A stretch of 64,000 nucleotides of DNA from Candidatus Bathyarchaeota archaeon (lineage in GTDB: Archaea > Thermoproteota > Bathyarchaeia > Bathyarchaeales > Bathycorpusculaceae). Both the position numbers and the translations under genes were made by a program. A model generated the notes under the pieces. It worked only from the letters and a program-made list of their open reading frames with translations, made no database searches and had not been told where the DNA came from. Numbering within the stretch: position 1 is the stretch's first letter; every line of letters begins with the position of its first letter. Below, piece after piece: positions 19,938 to 28,716 of the stretch. The stretch is from assembly GCA_963720565.1 (NCBI GenBank), contig CAVRFW010000012.1, forward strand, positions 32,001 to 96,000. Direction: 5' to 3'.

Positions 19938-22187
19938 TCAGCTTTGCGGCTGTCTCTTGTATTTCTGAAGAGGCAATTTTAGAACTGGGTGTTCAACTAA
20001 GCACTCCTTGAGATAATCGTCAAGAGTAGCAGCTGGAACAACATCAATCGTATAGTCTCTTACATCCACCGAGTGCAAGTAATTCTTCTGAGGTATAACC
20101 ACTTTCTTGAAACCCCAGGCTTCAGCTGCTTTAATCTTCTCGTGCATACCACCCACTGCAGTTATCTGGATAGAATTGCTTACGCTTAGATTTATCTCTC
20201 CTGTTACAGCGACATCTTGCCGTATCGGCTTGCCTTCTATAAGAGAGCACAATAGAATGGCCATGGTTACGCCAGCTGATGGCCCATCTACTCCATAGGA
20301 CTGAGCAAAATCAATATGTGACAGATAGTCCTGTGCAATGTCTACTCCGTATTTCTGAAGAATAACACTTCGCACTTTGGCTATGCTGTCTGAAATGAAG
20401 TTTTGTCCTTTTGCAACACCTGTTACTCGGTAATATCCTTTTAGCGGGATATCCCTTGGAAGCCCGCTTTTTCGTACAAGTTGAGCTTTGACGCCTAGAA
20501 CATTACCCGTCATCTCTCCGCTGTATGGATCATGTACTACTGCCAACCCATATATCTGTCCGAGTTTTGTTCCCTCAGGCTTAATTTCTAATAGTTTGCC
20601 TCTCTCGCTCATCTCGTGCTCAAGGAGTTGTTTTTGAATCGTTTTGCAGTGCTCCCCCAAGGCTTCTAAAACATGGCGTCGCTCCACTACTTTGCCTTCT
20701 TCATTCATTGCTAAAGTTGCTGCAGTTTTAACTATGGAGATTAACGGTCTGAACCTAGTTGAAAGAGCCTCGCGTTTGTTGCTTCGTCGTCTCCCCTCCT
20801 CGACTATTTCAATACAAGCGTCTCGACCAAACGGTGGAAGATTAAAGCGTTTGACTTCTTGCGCAATGAACTGAACATATTTTCGTCTGTTTTCAACTGT
20901 GTTAGGCATATCGTTGTTCATTCGAACAACTTTTCCATAGCCATATATTCGATCCATAAGTGCAGGATGGATCTGGCCTATACTGTCGAAATTGCCTGCA
21001 CCCACTAGAAAGGTAATGGCTGGAACAGGTTCAGTTGACACTGCCATCGCCGCAGTATCCCCTCCATGCCATTTTCCTCGAAGCGTTATTGGTAGTTGGC
21101 CATCCTCCAGTACTGTTAACAGGGTAACCGCCTCCTCTGGATCCAGATTCTTCACTTCATCGATGTAGAGTATTCCAAGTGAAGCCACATGGACATCTCC
21201 TGCCGTGACTCGCTGATGCTCGGGAGTTCCTAGCCCGCCGGTTTGGAATGGGTCCCACGCAACTGAACCGAAAAGCTGAGGGTTCCTGTGACCAGTCGCA
21301 TCGACGAATGGCGCGTGGCCTGAGCTATTATCCACTATCATTTTTGGGACATCACTCTGCTGAGCTCCTCCTCCACCGCGGAGACCGCCCAAGCCACCTA
21401 GACGCGAGAACCACCATATGAAAACGCTGAAGAAAATCAGGCTTCCTCCAGGAATAAAGGTCAGAGGAACCATGCTTATGAACTGGTCTATGAAATATGA
21501 CGTGAAATTGTTGTTATATAATTCCTGCCAAGATGTATCGCCGAGAGATAATCCGTTGGCATTCCATGATTGCCAAGCACTAACCATGAAGTACAATCCC
21601 AGACCCATTAGTAGCAGACCTACGCTAAGCATCAGAATTTGTATGGCTTTAAGACCGATTTTGGTAGTAGCCTTACGTTTAAAGTCTTTGTGCTGCTCTG
21701 TCTGTAGTAATTTCTTTCCTTCTCCCGCCCTATGCATGGAAACACGTGGTTGGCCAGGCATTGAGGAATTTTTCCAGGCAACAATATCAAAGAGTTTTAT
21801 GCCGTGCTCCTTGTAAACTTGAGTAAGCTTTTCAGACAAAGCTCTTCCGAGCAGAGACTTACCGGTTCCAGGATCGCCCAATAGAAGGAGGTATGGCCCA
21901 GGATTTATCACGGTTTTTGCCGAAGATTTTGCCAAATTTGGATTGCTCCAACTTGTATACCACTGCGTCTGTTCCAAATGCTTAAGCTTGTGTACCCACT
22001 CGTTAAGGCACAGAAAACCTTCACTTAGAGCTTGGTCCTGACCAATAACCCAGTTTATCATACTGTCGTCCACAGGGAAGCCTTGTGTGGTTTGGAATTT
22101 TCCCCAGTTCCAGCGAACCTTAACAGTGTGACCTTCCACATTTCGTGTGAGTGTTTCAAAGCCTTCTCCAAAATGGTCAAAAGACAA
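19938..22187 (-). CDS. lonB: Membrane-anchored ATP-dependent Lon protease (LonB type)
   Basis: VIGQD, Walker A GDPGTGKS, two TM helices inside the AAA+ module, Walker B LYIDE, catalytic DGPSAG and GGMHEK. Confidence 0.92.
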   Translation of the reverse strand: MSFDHFGEGFETLTRNVEGHTVKVRWNWGKFQTTQGFPVDDSMINWVIGQDQALSEGFLCLNEWVHKLKHLEQTQWYTSWSNPNLAKSSAKTVINPGPYLLLLGDPGTGKSLLGRALSEKLTQVYKEHGIKLFDIVAWKNSSMPGQPRVSMHRAGEGKKLLQTEQHKDFKRKATTKIGLKAIQILMLSVGLLLMGLGLYFMVSAWQSWNANGLSLGDTSWQELYNNNFTSYFIDQFISMVPLTFIPGGSLIFFSVFIWWFSRLGGLGGLRGGGGAQQSDVPKMIVDNSSGHAPFVDATGHRNPQLFGSVAWDPFQTGGLGTPEHQRVTAGDVHVASLGILYIDEVKNLDPEEAVTLLTVLEDGQLPITLRGKWHGGDTAAMAVSTEPVPAITFLVGAGNFDSIGQIHPALMDRIYGYGKVVRMNNDMPNTVENRRKYVQFIAQEVKRFNLPPFGRDACIEIVEEGRRRSNKREALSTRFRPLISIVKTAATLAMNEEGKVVERRHVLEALGEHCKTIQKQLLEHEMSERGKLLEIKPEGTKLGQIYGLAVVHDPYSGEMTGNVLGVKAQLVRKSGLPRDIPLKGYYRVTGVAKGQNFISDSIAKVRSVILQKYGVDIAQDYLSHIDFAQSYGVDGPSAGVTMAILLCSLIEGKPIRQDVAVTGEINLSVSNSIQITAVGGMHEKIKAAEAWGFKKVVIPQKNYLHSVDVRDYTIDVVPAATLDDYLKECLVEHPVLKLPLQKYKRQPQS

Positions 22188-22890
22188 AGCTCTCTTCCCT
22201 CAGTTTTCAACTACTCTCTGGCAAAGAAACAATTAAAGCGCTTATTTCGAAAATGGGAATATTCCTAAAAACCCTCAAAATCTGATTCAGCATCAATTAT
22301 ATTGCGAACGTTCGTTTAGTCCCTTTTACCAAAATAGCTTTTTGCAGAGGTTTTTTTGTTGTTGGAGCCCCTCTTTCCTCCCGTACAGAGAGGAATCTAG
22401 ACGGACTGCAAAGACAGTCACCAATTTACTAGCTGGTCGAAAACTGACAAGCTCAAAACAAGCTTAGAATCGGATAAAAACCTCAATTTGAACCTTTCAA
22501 CAATGGCTTAGAGACCTACCCATGGAGATAATCGGGACCTCATATAAGTACTGTTGAAAATCTCCATACGACAGAAAACAGGGTGCTCTTCGAGGTTGCT
22601 TCGAACTTTTGCCCCCTCTTTTTGTCTCACATGGAGTGCGCGCCATTTTTAGGCTGATCGAGGTCAAAGCGAGACGCACTTGCAGCAACATATACCGTTT
22701 AGGCTTAAAGTGATGCTGAGAGTGGGACCCGAGATTTCTTTCAGAAGGTTCGGATGCGCATGATTCTCCTCAAGACCAATAAGCTGGGCAAGATTGAAAG
22801 CATATATCCTTTCAAACTGCTTTAACCAGAGGCGCGCCAGTCTTCTCGCAATTTTTTCGCTTGCATATTCCTATCAACGACGACTTATCA

Positions 22891-22915
22891 GAAGTCTGTT
22901 GATGCTTTCGTATCC
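22891..22915 (-). repeat. Dispersed intergenic motif, copy C (truncated)
   Basis: Reverse complement GGATACGAAAGCATCAACAGACTTC matches the ~20-bp core. Confidence 0.75.
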
Positions 22916-23159
22916 GCTGGTTTGAAAAAGTGAATCACCAGGCATATTGGAGAGGGTTAAGTCTGCGTATAAAGGCGCTTAGTTCGGGGTTATTTTTGTT
23001 GCAGCCTCATATCTGTAGCCAATAGTGTAGGCTAATCTGTTGCAAATTTAAATCGTTGCATGTTGTGTGATTCTTGCATGGTTGATTTGGTTGTATCAGT
23101 ATTATATTGTGACTTAATGTATCACCAGCTCCATCCACGCACTTATGAAAGAAAGAGCT

Positions 23160-23189
23160 GTATACAATAGCATCAACACAACTTACTAT
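23160..23189 (+). repeat. Dispersed ~30-bp intergenic motif, copy D
   Basis: GTATACAATAGCATCAACACAACTTACTAT (25/30 to copy A). Confidence 0.85.
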
Positions 23190-23246
23190 TTCTAACTAAA
23201 TCCAATAGTTTTTTTAGCTCTTTAGGAAGACTAGAATGAGGAGGAA

Positions 23247-23684
23247 ACGACTGTTAAGGAAATTGACAAAATCAAGCTTCGAAGATGGCGCAAGAGAGGT
23301 TTCTATAGCGAGACGGTTTTGGTGAAGCTCCTGCAGAAGAACGGCTACAACGCTGTTCGTGTTCCCGTCAGCAACCCCAGTCTAAATCCTTTACCGGACA
23401 TAATGGCCAGGAAAGGCGAACACACCTACGCTTTTGAAGTAAAAAACGCCAGCTACTACGCCTACTTTCCGAAACAACAAGTTGACAAACTCTTCAGGTT
23501 CCTTAACGAACTCATACCAGGAAGCATAGCTTGTAAGCACGCGGTCGTGGCTGCCCACCTTGGGAAAAAGTGGCTCTTCAAGGAGGTAAGTTGGGACGAG
23601 TGGCAGAAAGACAAACTTCCCGAAAAAATCCGGATTCTCAAACGCGATAGAGGAAACCTGAACATAGAGAAGTGCTACAACTGA
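23247..23684 (+). CDS. Hjc-like PD-(D/E)xK nuclease (Holliday-junction resolvase family)
   Basis: In-frame 'RKRGFYSETVLVKLLQKNGYNAVRVP...PDIMA.....YAFEVK'; the conserved N-terminus extends upstream of the track's TTG at 23319, so the start is uncertain. Confidence 0.78.
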   Translation, partial: TTVKEIDKIKLRRWRKRGFYSETVLVKLLQKNGYNAVRVPVSNPSLNPLPDIMARKGEHTYAFEVKNASYYAYFPKQQVDKLFRFLNELIPGSIACKHAVVAAHLGKKWLFKEVSWDEWQKDKLPEKIRILKRDRGNLNIEKCYN

Positions 23685-23777
23685 GTTCTAACAAAAATAA
23701 ATCTACCGCGAACAGCAATTATTATTTTGATAAGGAAGTATACAATTAGTCTACTCTTCTGTTGAAAAAGAAGGAAG

Positions 23778-24473
23778 TTGCCGATGGCGCATTTGAACTA
23801 CGCGGTAACCGCGGTTGCTCTGAGCAAAACTTACCGGATGGGTGAAACTGAAGTTGAGGTTTTGAAAGACGTAACCTTCAATGCAGCGGAAGGTAGGTTT
23901 GTTGTCCTCTCAGGGCCTTCCGGGTCAGGGAAAACAACATTGCTTAACCTTGTAAGTGGAATCGACAAGCCTTCAAAAGGATCAGTAACAGTTTTTGGCC
24001 AAAACTTAAGTGAACTAAACGAAGACTTTTTGGCTGAGTTTCGCTGCAACAACATCGGCTTTGTTTTTCAATCCTATAATCTGGTTTCGACTTTGACTCT
24101 TGCGGAAAATGTTGCATTTCCTATGGAGTGGCGCAGGCTACCTGAGCTTGAAATTGAAAACCGTGTGAAAGAATTGCTGGAAATGGTTAGTCTGCAGCAT
24201 AGAGCAAACCATTTTCCTGGACAACTAAGCGGCGGCGAACAGCAACGTGTAGCATTCGCCCGTGCATTAGCTAACGATCCGAGACTGTTTCTTGCAGACG
24301 AACCCACTGGCAATTTAGATAGGAAAAATGCACAAAAAATAATCGAAATGTTGCAGTTATTGAAATTAAAAGGAAAAACAATTTTCGTTTCGACTCATGA
24401 CATGAGCATAGTTGGACTCGCAGACGAAAAACTTTGTCTGGAAGATGGAAAAATAGTGAGTCAGAATGAGTAG
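23778..24473 (+). CDS. ABC transporter ATP-binding protein (LolD/MacB type)
   Basis: [31 protein letters not shown]. Confidence 0.95.
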   Translation: MPMAHLNYAVTAVALSKTYRMGETEVEVLKDVTFNAAEGRFVVLSGPSGSGKTTLLNLVSGIDKPSKGSVTVFGQNLSELNEDFLAEFRCNNIGFVFQSYNLVSTLTLAENVAFPMEWRRLPELEIENRVKELLEMVSLQHRANHFPGQLSGGEQQRVAFARALANDPRLFLADEPTGNLDRKNAQKIIEMLQLLKLKGKTIFVSTHDMSIVGLADEKLCLEDGKIVSQNE

Positions 24474-26343
24474 CACATACTTTCCTGTGAACGACCTGTT
24501 GCGACGAAAACTTCAAACCGGACTGATTGTGGCTACTCTTACACTAAATGTTGCATCAACACTTTTTCTGTTGCTATTCAGCGAACGGATAGGTTTTGGC
24601 GTAAGCGTGACTGCTGATACGCTGACAGCGGGTCTATCTGCTGTCTTTATGCAGTATGTCTTGTTTGTCGCAGTTTTGCTTTTCGTTGTAGGTGCTTTCA
24701 TTGCTAGCTTCATTACCTTCTTAATGATGAAACAGAGAACACGCGATTTCGGGCTAATAAAAGCCATTGGCTGTCCCAACGGACTTGTTTTCGGTTATTT
24801 CATGACCGAACTTCTAATAGTAACGTTTGCCGGATGCGCCTTAGGCGTATTTTTAGGGTTTGCGCTTGACTCCGCTGTAACCAATTCTTCAAACTTTCAA
24901 ATCTACCAGAAACCGCCAAATTTCTGGTTTGCATTTTTAGTTTTCGGGGCTTTTTTCGTGCTTTCACTTGTGTTTGGGACAAAACCCATTCTGGAAACCG
25001 CCAAGTTGGCACCTTCGAGAGCCTTATCGCATATCCAATATTTCGGATTGGGTACAGGAGGTAAGTTTAGACCGCTGTCCAGATTCGGGTTGACCCTTAG
25101 AATTGCTTCTAGAAGTTTGTTTCGCCGGAGTTCAGCAACGATTAGAATTGTATTCTTGCTGTCAGCAGTTTTCTTTTTGCTCACGGTCTCGATTTCTGGG
25201 GGAATAATCGCCAGTGACACTTCCAAATATTGGGTAGAGAGAGCCGTTGGTAACAATATTGCAGTTGTCGCCCATAGGGATATGGGCAATCAGTATATTC
25301 TGCTCTTGTCGAAATTCTTCGGAGTAGAAGATAACGATAATTTTGACTATACTAACAATACATTTTTGGTTCCAGAAGCTATTCTTGAGCAACTCCGCGA
25401 ATGGCCGGAAATATCGATTATTGATCCGCGTTTGATTCTGATTGAGCATGTTCAGGAACTCAGTGGTTACAAGATTGACTCCGAGACCCTGGCGACCATA
25501 CCGGTTGGGGGCGACAGGACAACTGAGGTTCTTGTGGTAGGCGTTGATCCTGAAAGGGTTGTTGCACAGAGTATGACAGAAGGGCGATCCTTAGAAGCAG
25601 TCAGTGAATGGCAAGCTGTCATTGGTGATACAGTAGCAAGAAGCATGTATTCTCCTGACCGGTCTAAGCGAATAGGCGTTTCTGATCCTCTGCTTGAAGG
25701 GATGAGTATCCGAGAGAACGATTTCAGAATCGTTGGGGTGTGTATTGACCCTATCAACAACGGCAATGTTACGTATGTTCCCCTTAACAACCTGCAAAGC
25801 ATAACAGGTATACAGGGCGTTAACATCGTTCTTATTAAGATTGATGATACTGAGGATTCCGCGATAGTTTCTGCATTGGAGAAAAGAGTTGAAAGCACGA
25901 ATTCGAATTTCTCAGTTTTCGAACTTGATGAGACCCTTGAGAAAGAGACCGCTTTTCTTGAATCAGCATGGTCCATCATAATGCTGTTGCCTCTTCTTGC
26001 ATTGGCAACCACAACCTTGTGCTTGGGGGGGTTTGTAGTTTTAACGTTTGATGAGCAAAGACAGGAATTCGCGGTTTTGCGTGCAGTTGGAACCAACCCG
26101 AAAGCCGTTCTTGCCATTCTGATGATCCAAAGCATAATCGTCTTGATTTCTAGTTTTGTGTGTGGAATATCCTTAGGCGTAATAGCAACATTGCTAATCT
26201 TAGTGCCAAACCCTGTGGTGACAAGCTTCACTATCGCGGAAGTTGCATTGTTGCTGCTTGCAGCATTGGTTGGAATGTTTCTGTCAAGCTTGTATCCTGC
26301 AATGAGACTCGCCAAAACCCCTATCCTAAGAATCATTGTGTAA
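24466..26343 (+). CDS. FtsX/MacB-like ABC permease with two FtsX domains
   Basis: 'QRTRDFGLIKAIG' and 'EQRQEFAVLRAVG' repeats, extracellular loop; overlaps the ATPase stop. Confidence 0.9.
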   Translation: MSSTYFPVNDLLRRKLQTGLIVATLTLNVASTLFLLLFSERIGFGVSVTADTLTAGLSAVFMQYVLFVAVLLFVVGAFIASFITFLMMKQRTRDFGLIKAIGCPNGLVFGYFMTELLIVTFAGCALGVFLGFALDSAVTNSSNFQIYQKPPNFWFAFLVFGAFFVLSLVFGTKPILETAKLAPSRALSHIQYFGLGTGGKFRPLSRFGLTLRIASRSLFRRSSATIRIVFLLSAVFFLLTVSISGGIIASDTSKYWVERAVGNNIAVVAHRDMGNQYILLLSKFFGVEDNDNFDYTNNTFLVPEAILEQLREWPEISIIDPRLILIEHVQELSGYKIDSETLATIPVGGDRTTEVLVVGVDPERVVAQSMTEGRSLEAVSEWQAVIGDTVARSMYSPDRSKRIGVSDPLLEGMSIRENDFRIVGVCIDPINNGNVTYVPLNNLQSITGIQGVNIVLIKIDDTEDSAIVSALEKRVESTNSNFSVFELDETLEKETAFLESAWSIIMLLPLLALATTTLCLGGFVVLTFDEQRQEFAVLRAVGTNPKAVLAILMIQSIIVLISSFVCGISLGVIATLLILVPNPVVTSFTIAEVALLLLAALVGMFLSSLYPAMRLAKTPILRIIV

Positions 26344-27033
26344 ATGACTGAATTCTTTCCAAAAATGCTTCAGTGATCCAGTATATGCAGGAAATTGACC
26401 TATAAAATCTTGAAGTTGAAGTATAGGAATAATTGGCACCATATCGTAAAACTTGAAAGTGCCTGGCGTAAGCGTCAGGATAGCAGGAACGAATTGGGCC
26501 CGATGCCACTTTGCGCATTCGATTTCAAACTTGATGTTTGGCAGAGACTCTACAAAAGACTGTGTTCTTTCTATCTGAGCCTCAGCTACTTTCTTTAATG
26601 CTGAAGGAGATATTCCATGCTGCCAACGTTTGCAGTCAATACATATAACCCAAGGTTTTTTACAGCCTATAACGTCCATTTCCCATCGCCGGCCTGCGTG
26701 TTTGAATCGGGTGTTTTTGGAGACATTATATCCGTTTTGTTCCAGGGCGATGGTTGCCACATCTTCAAATTCCTGCCAGCTTAGCAATTCACTGACGCGT
26801 TGGAGGTCGGCGCCAAGGGTCAAGGCTCTGACGGCAATTTTGAGCCTGGCGCAACTATCTGCTTCAATAGTCCCGCTTTTAATATATATGGTCTCGGTTG
26901 TTTCCATTTTCTTAAGCAATTTTGACGCAATACCAGCGGCAATCTTTGCATCTTTATTGACACTTTCAGTTAAAGCAGATCCTTCTTTTGTCATTTTGAG
27001 AATTGATATTAACAGATTTAGCTCAATTGTCAT
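26326..27033 (-). CDS. Mrr/NERD-like restriction-endonuclease-fold protein with N-terminal HTH
   Basis: 'LSWQEFE......EQNGY', 'EMDVIG', 'IDCKRW'. Confidence 0.8.
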   Translation of the reverse strand: MTIELNLLISILKMTKEGSALTESVNKDAKIAAGIASKLLKKMETTETIYIKSGTIEADSCARLKIAVRALTLGADLQRVSELLSWQEFEDVATIALEQNGYNVSKNTRFKHAGRRWEMDVIGCKKPWVICIDCKRWQHGISPSALKKVAEAQIERTQSFVESLPNIKFEIECAKWHRAQFVPAILTLTPGTFKFYDMVPIIPILQLQDFIGQFPAYTGSLKHFWKEFSHLHNDS

Positions 27034-27132
27034 AATAAGATCTCACAACATTACAAATAGAAATGGCAAAGTCACGGTTTTCGCAAGACTTTTACAGAAA
27101 ATACGAAGGCTGAATTGTCTCTTGCGTTTTTC

Positions 27133-27162
27133 GTATACAAAAGCATCAACAGAACACACTTT
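27133..27162 (+). repeat. Dispersed ~30-bp intergenic motif, copy E
   Basis: GTATACAAAAGCATCAACAGAACACACTTT (29/30 to copy A). Confidence 0.9.
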
Positions 27163-27789
27163 AGAAGGTCACTTCCAGATTGCTAACTCTGTCCTTTAGT
27201 TTCCTTCTATAGAATATTTGAAGAAACATTTCTGGAGTTCGTGATTTACCTACCATATGAATTACCTACGCACCCTCTGACTGAAATGTCTTTTTTCTCT
27301 TCAACTGCAACTCTTCGACTTTTACGGCCTTTTCAATCTCATGGAGAGCATATTTATACGTTTTTTATTCTATTTCTAACAATTTCCTCTTCATTTTTTA
27401 ACTATTTAATTTAAAATATGTATGTTCGACCGTGTTTCGGCATAAAGAACTGAAAGAACCCCCGAAATGAATTCAAGAAAACACTTACTGAAACGCAGAA
27501 CACCAAATTCCAAAAAGAAAAACTGCGGTTGATTATCATTATATACTTAAGGGCATGAACTATCGGCAAAAGCAGCTACGTCAGGCGGGATAGTCGTTCA
27601 AATTACTTTTGCGAAATGCCTCGATTTCTTCTGATTTCTCCCATTTTCAGGATAGATGGAACAGGGCTGTGTGTTTTTCACGTTTTATGTTTTACGTATA
27701 TTTAAGATTCGCTGGATTTCGACGTTGCAGCCTCTTAGTAGAAACGGTTTTTTGACAAACACTAGTTGCAGCATGTTTCAGGTTTGATC

Positions 27790-28518
27790 TTACGGATGGC
27801 TTGTTGCTAGTCTAAAACGCAACAGGTCGAACCCAAGCTTAGTAGAATCTCGAAAAATTCGTATCCCATGGGAATCTTTTTTTTCGACTTCAATCCAACT
27901 TACTGCTACTTCTGTTACTGGGATTCTGTGGCTTTTGCACAACAAAATCATTTCTGTGTCAAGAAAGAAACCGTCTGATTTTGCGTTATCTCGCAAGAAG
28001 GTAGCAACTTCACGATTCATGGCTTTGAAGCCACATTGATGATCGTGAACTCCATCATGAAAAATCAGCCTCACCAATAAGTTGTAAGTCAAACTGGATG
28101 CAGTTCGGGTGAAAGAGCGACAAACCTTGGAACCTCTGACATGCCTAGAGCCAATTACTAATCCTTGGCTTTCCCGGGTACTCTTAACCATAATCGGCAG
28201 AAACTCCAAGCTAGTGGCTAAGTCAACATCCATGAAAACGACAACGTCCCCCTTGGCAGAACCGAGACCCTTCTTTATGGCTTTACCCTTACCCAGCCGT
28301 TGCGGTGAATGATGGAAACTCAAATTGGAATCAGTTTTTGAGAGAGAATCAATAATGCTGGTCGTCCCATCAGTGCTGCCGTCTTCAATCACAACTATTT
28401 CATAAGAGCTCGTTAAGGCTGTTACCGCACGTTTTACCTCTTTGATGCATTGTTCTATGCGTGAAGCCTCATTGTAGGCGGGCAGCACTATTGAAAGATC
28501 CAAGTCGCACGGCATCAT
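27790..28518 (-). CDS. GT2 dolichyl-phosphate hexose transferase (Alg5/Dpm1-like)
   Basis: LPAYNE, EDGSTDGT, GKGKA, FMDVD, D.QCGFKA, DTE. Confidence 0.9.
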   Translation of the reverse strand: MMPCDLDLSIVLPAYNEASRIEQCIKEVKRAVTALTSSYEIVVIEDGSTDGTTSIIDSLSKTDSNLSFHHSPQRLGKGKAIKKGLGSAKGDVVVFMDVDLATSLEFLPIMVKSTRESQGLVIGSRHVRGSKVCRSFTRTASSLTYNLLVRLIFHDGVHDHQCGFKAMNREVATFLRDNAKSDGFFLDTEMILLCKSHRIPVTEVAVSWIEVEKKDSHGIRIFRDSTKLGFDLLRFRLATSHP

Positions 28519-28716
28519 TCATTCTCTGACACAATTCCATGCTATTTGGCATAAATGATTTGCGTTTTCGCCTAACGAGAATTCGGGTATGTACCGCCAC
28601 AAGCACACTAACTTCCATGTTTGCGGCAAAACTACCTTTAAATCACTTGCTCAATGAAACATTAAAAAACCTCCAACACGCCACATATTAAATGCTCGGC
28701 AGGAAGTGCTTGGTCA

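Noticed and set aside
24550..24570. GCATCAACAC match to the motif core
   Set aside because: Lies inside the permease CDS, only about 9 bp match, and lacks GTATAC; likely chance.
25467..26336. 289-aa antisense ORF, and similar shadow ORFs such as 13844-14245 and 26630-27199
   Set aside because: They overlap well-supported genes on the opposite strand and show no motifs.
15320..27162. The 30-bp motif as a CRISPR array
   Set aside because: Copies are kilobases apart and in both orientations, with no spacer periodicity and no cas genes.
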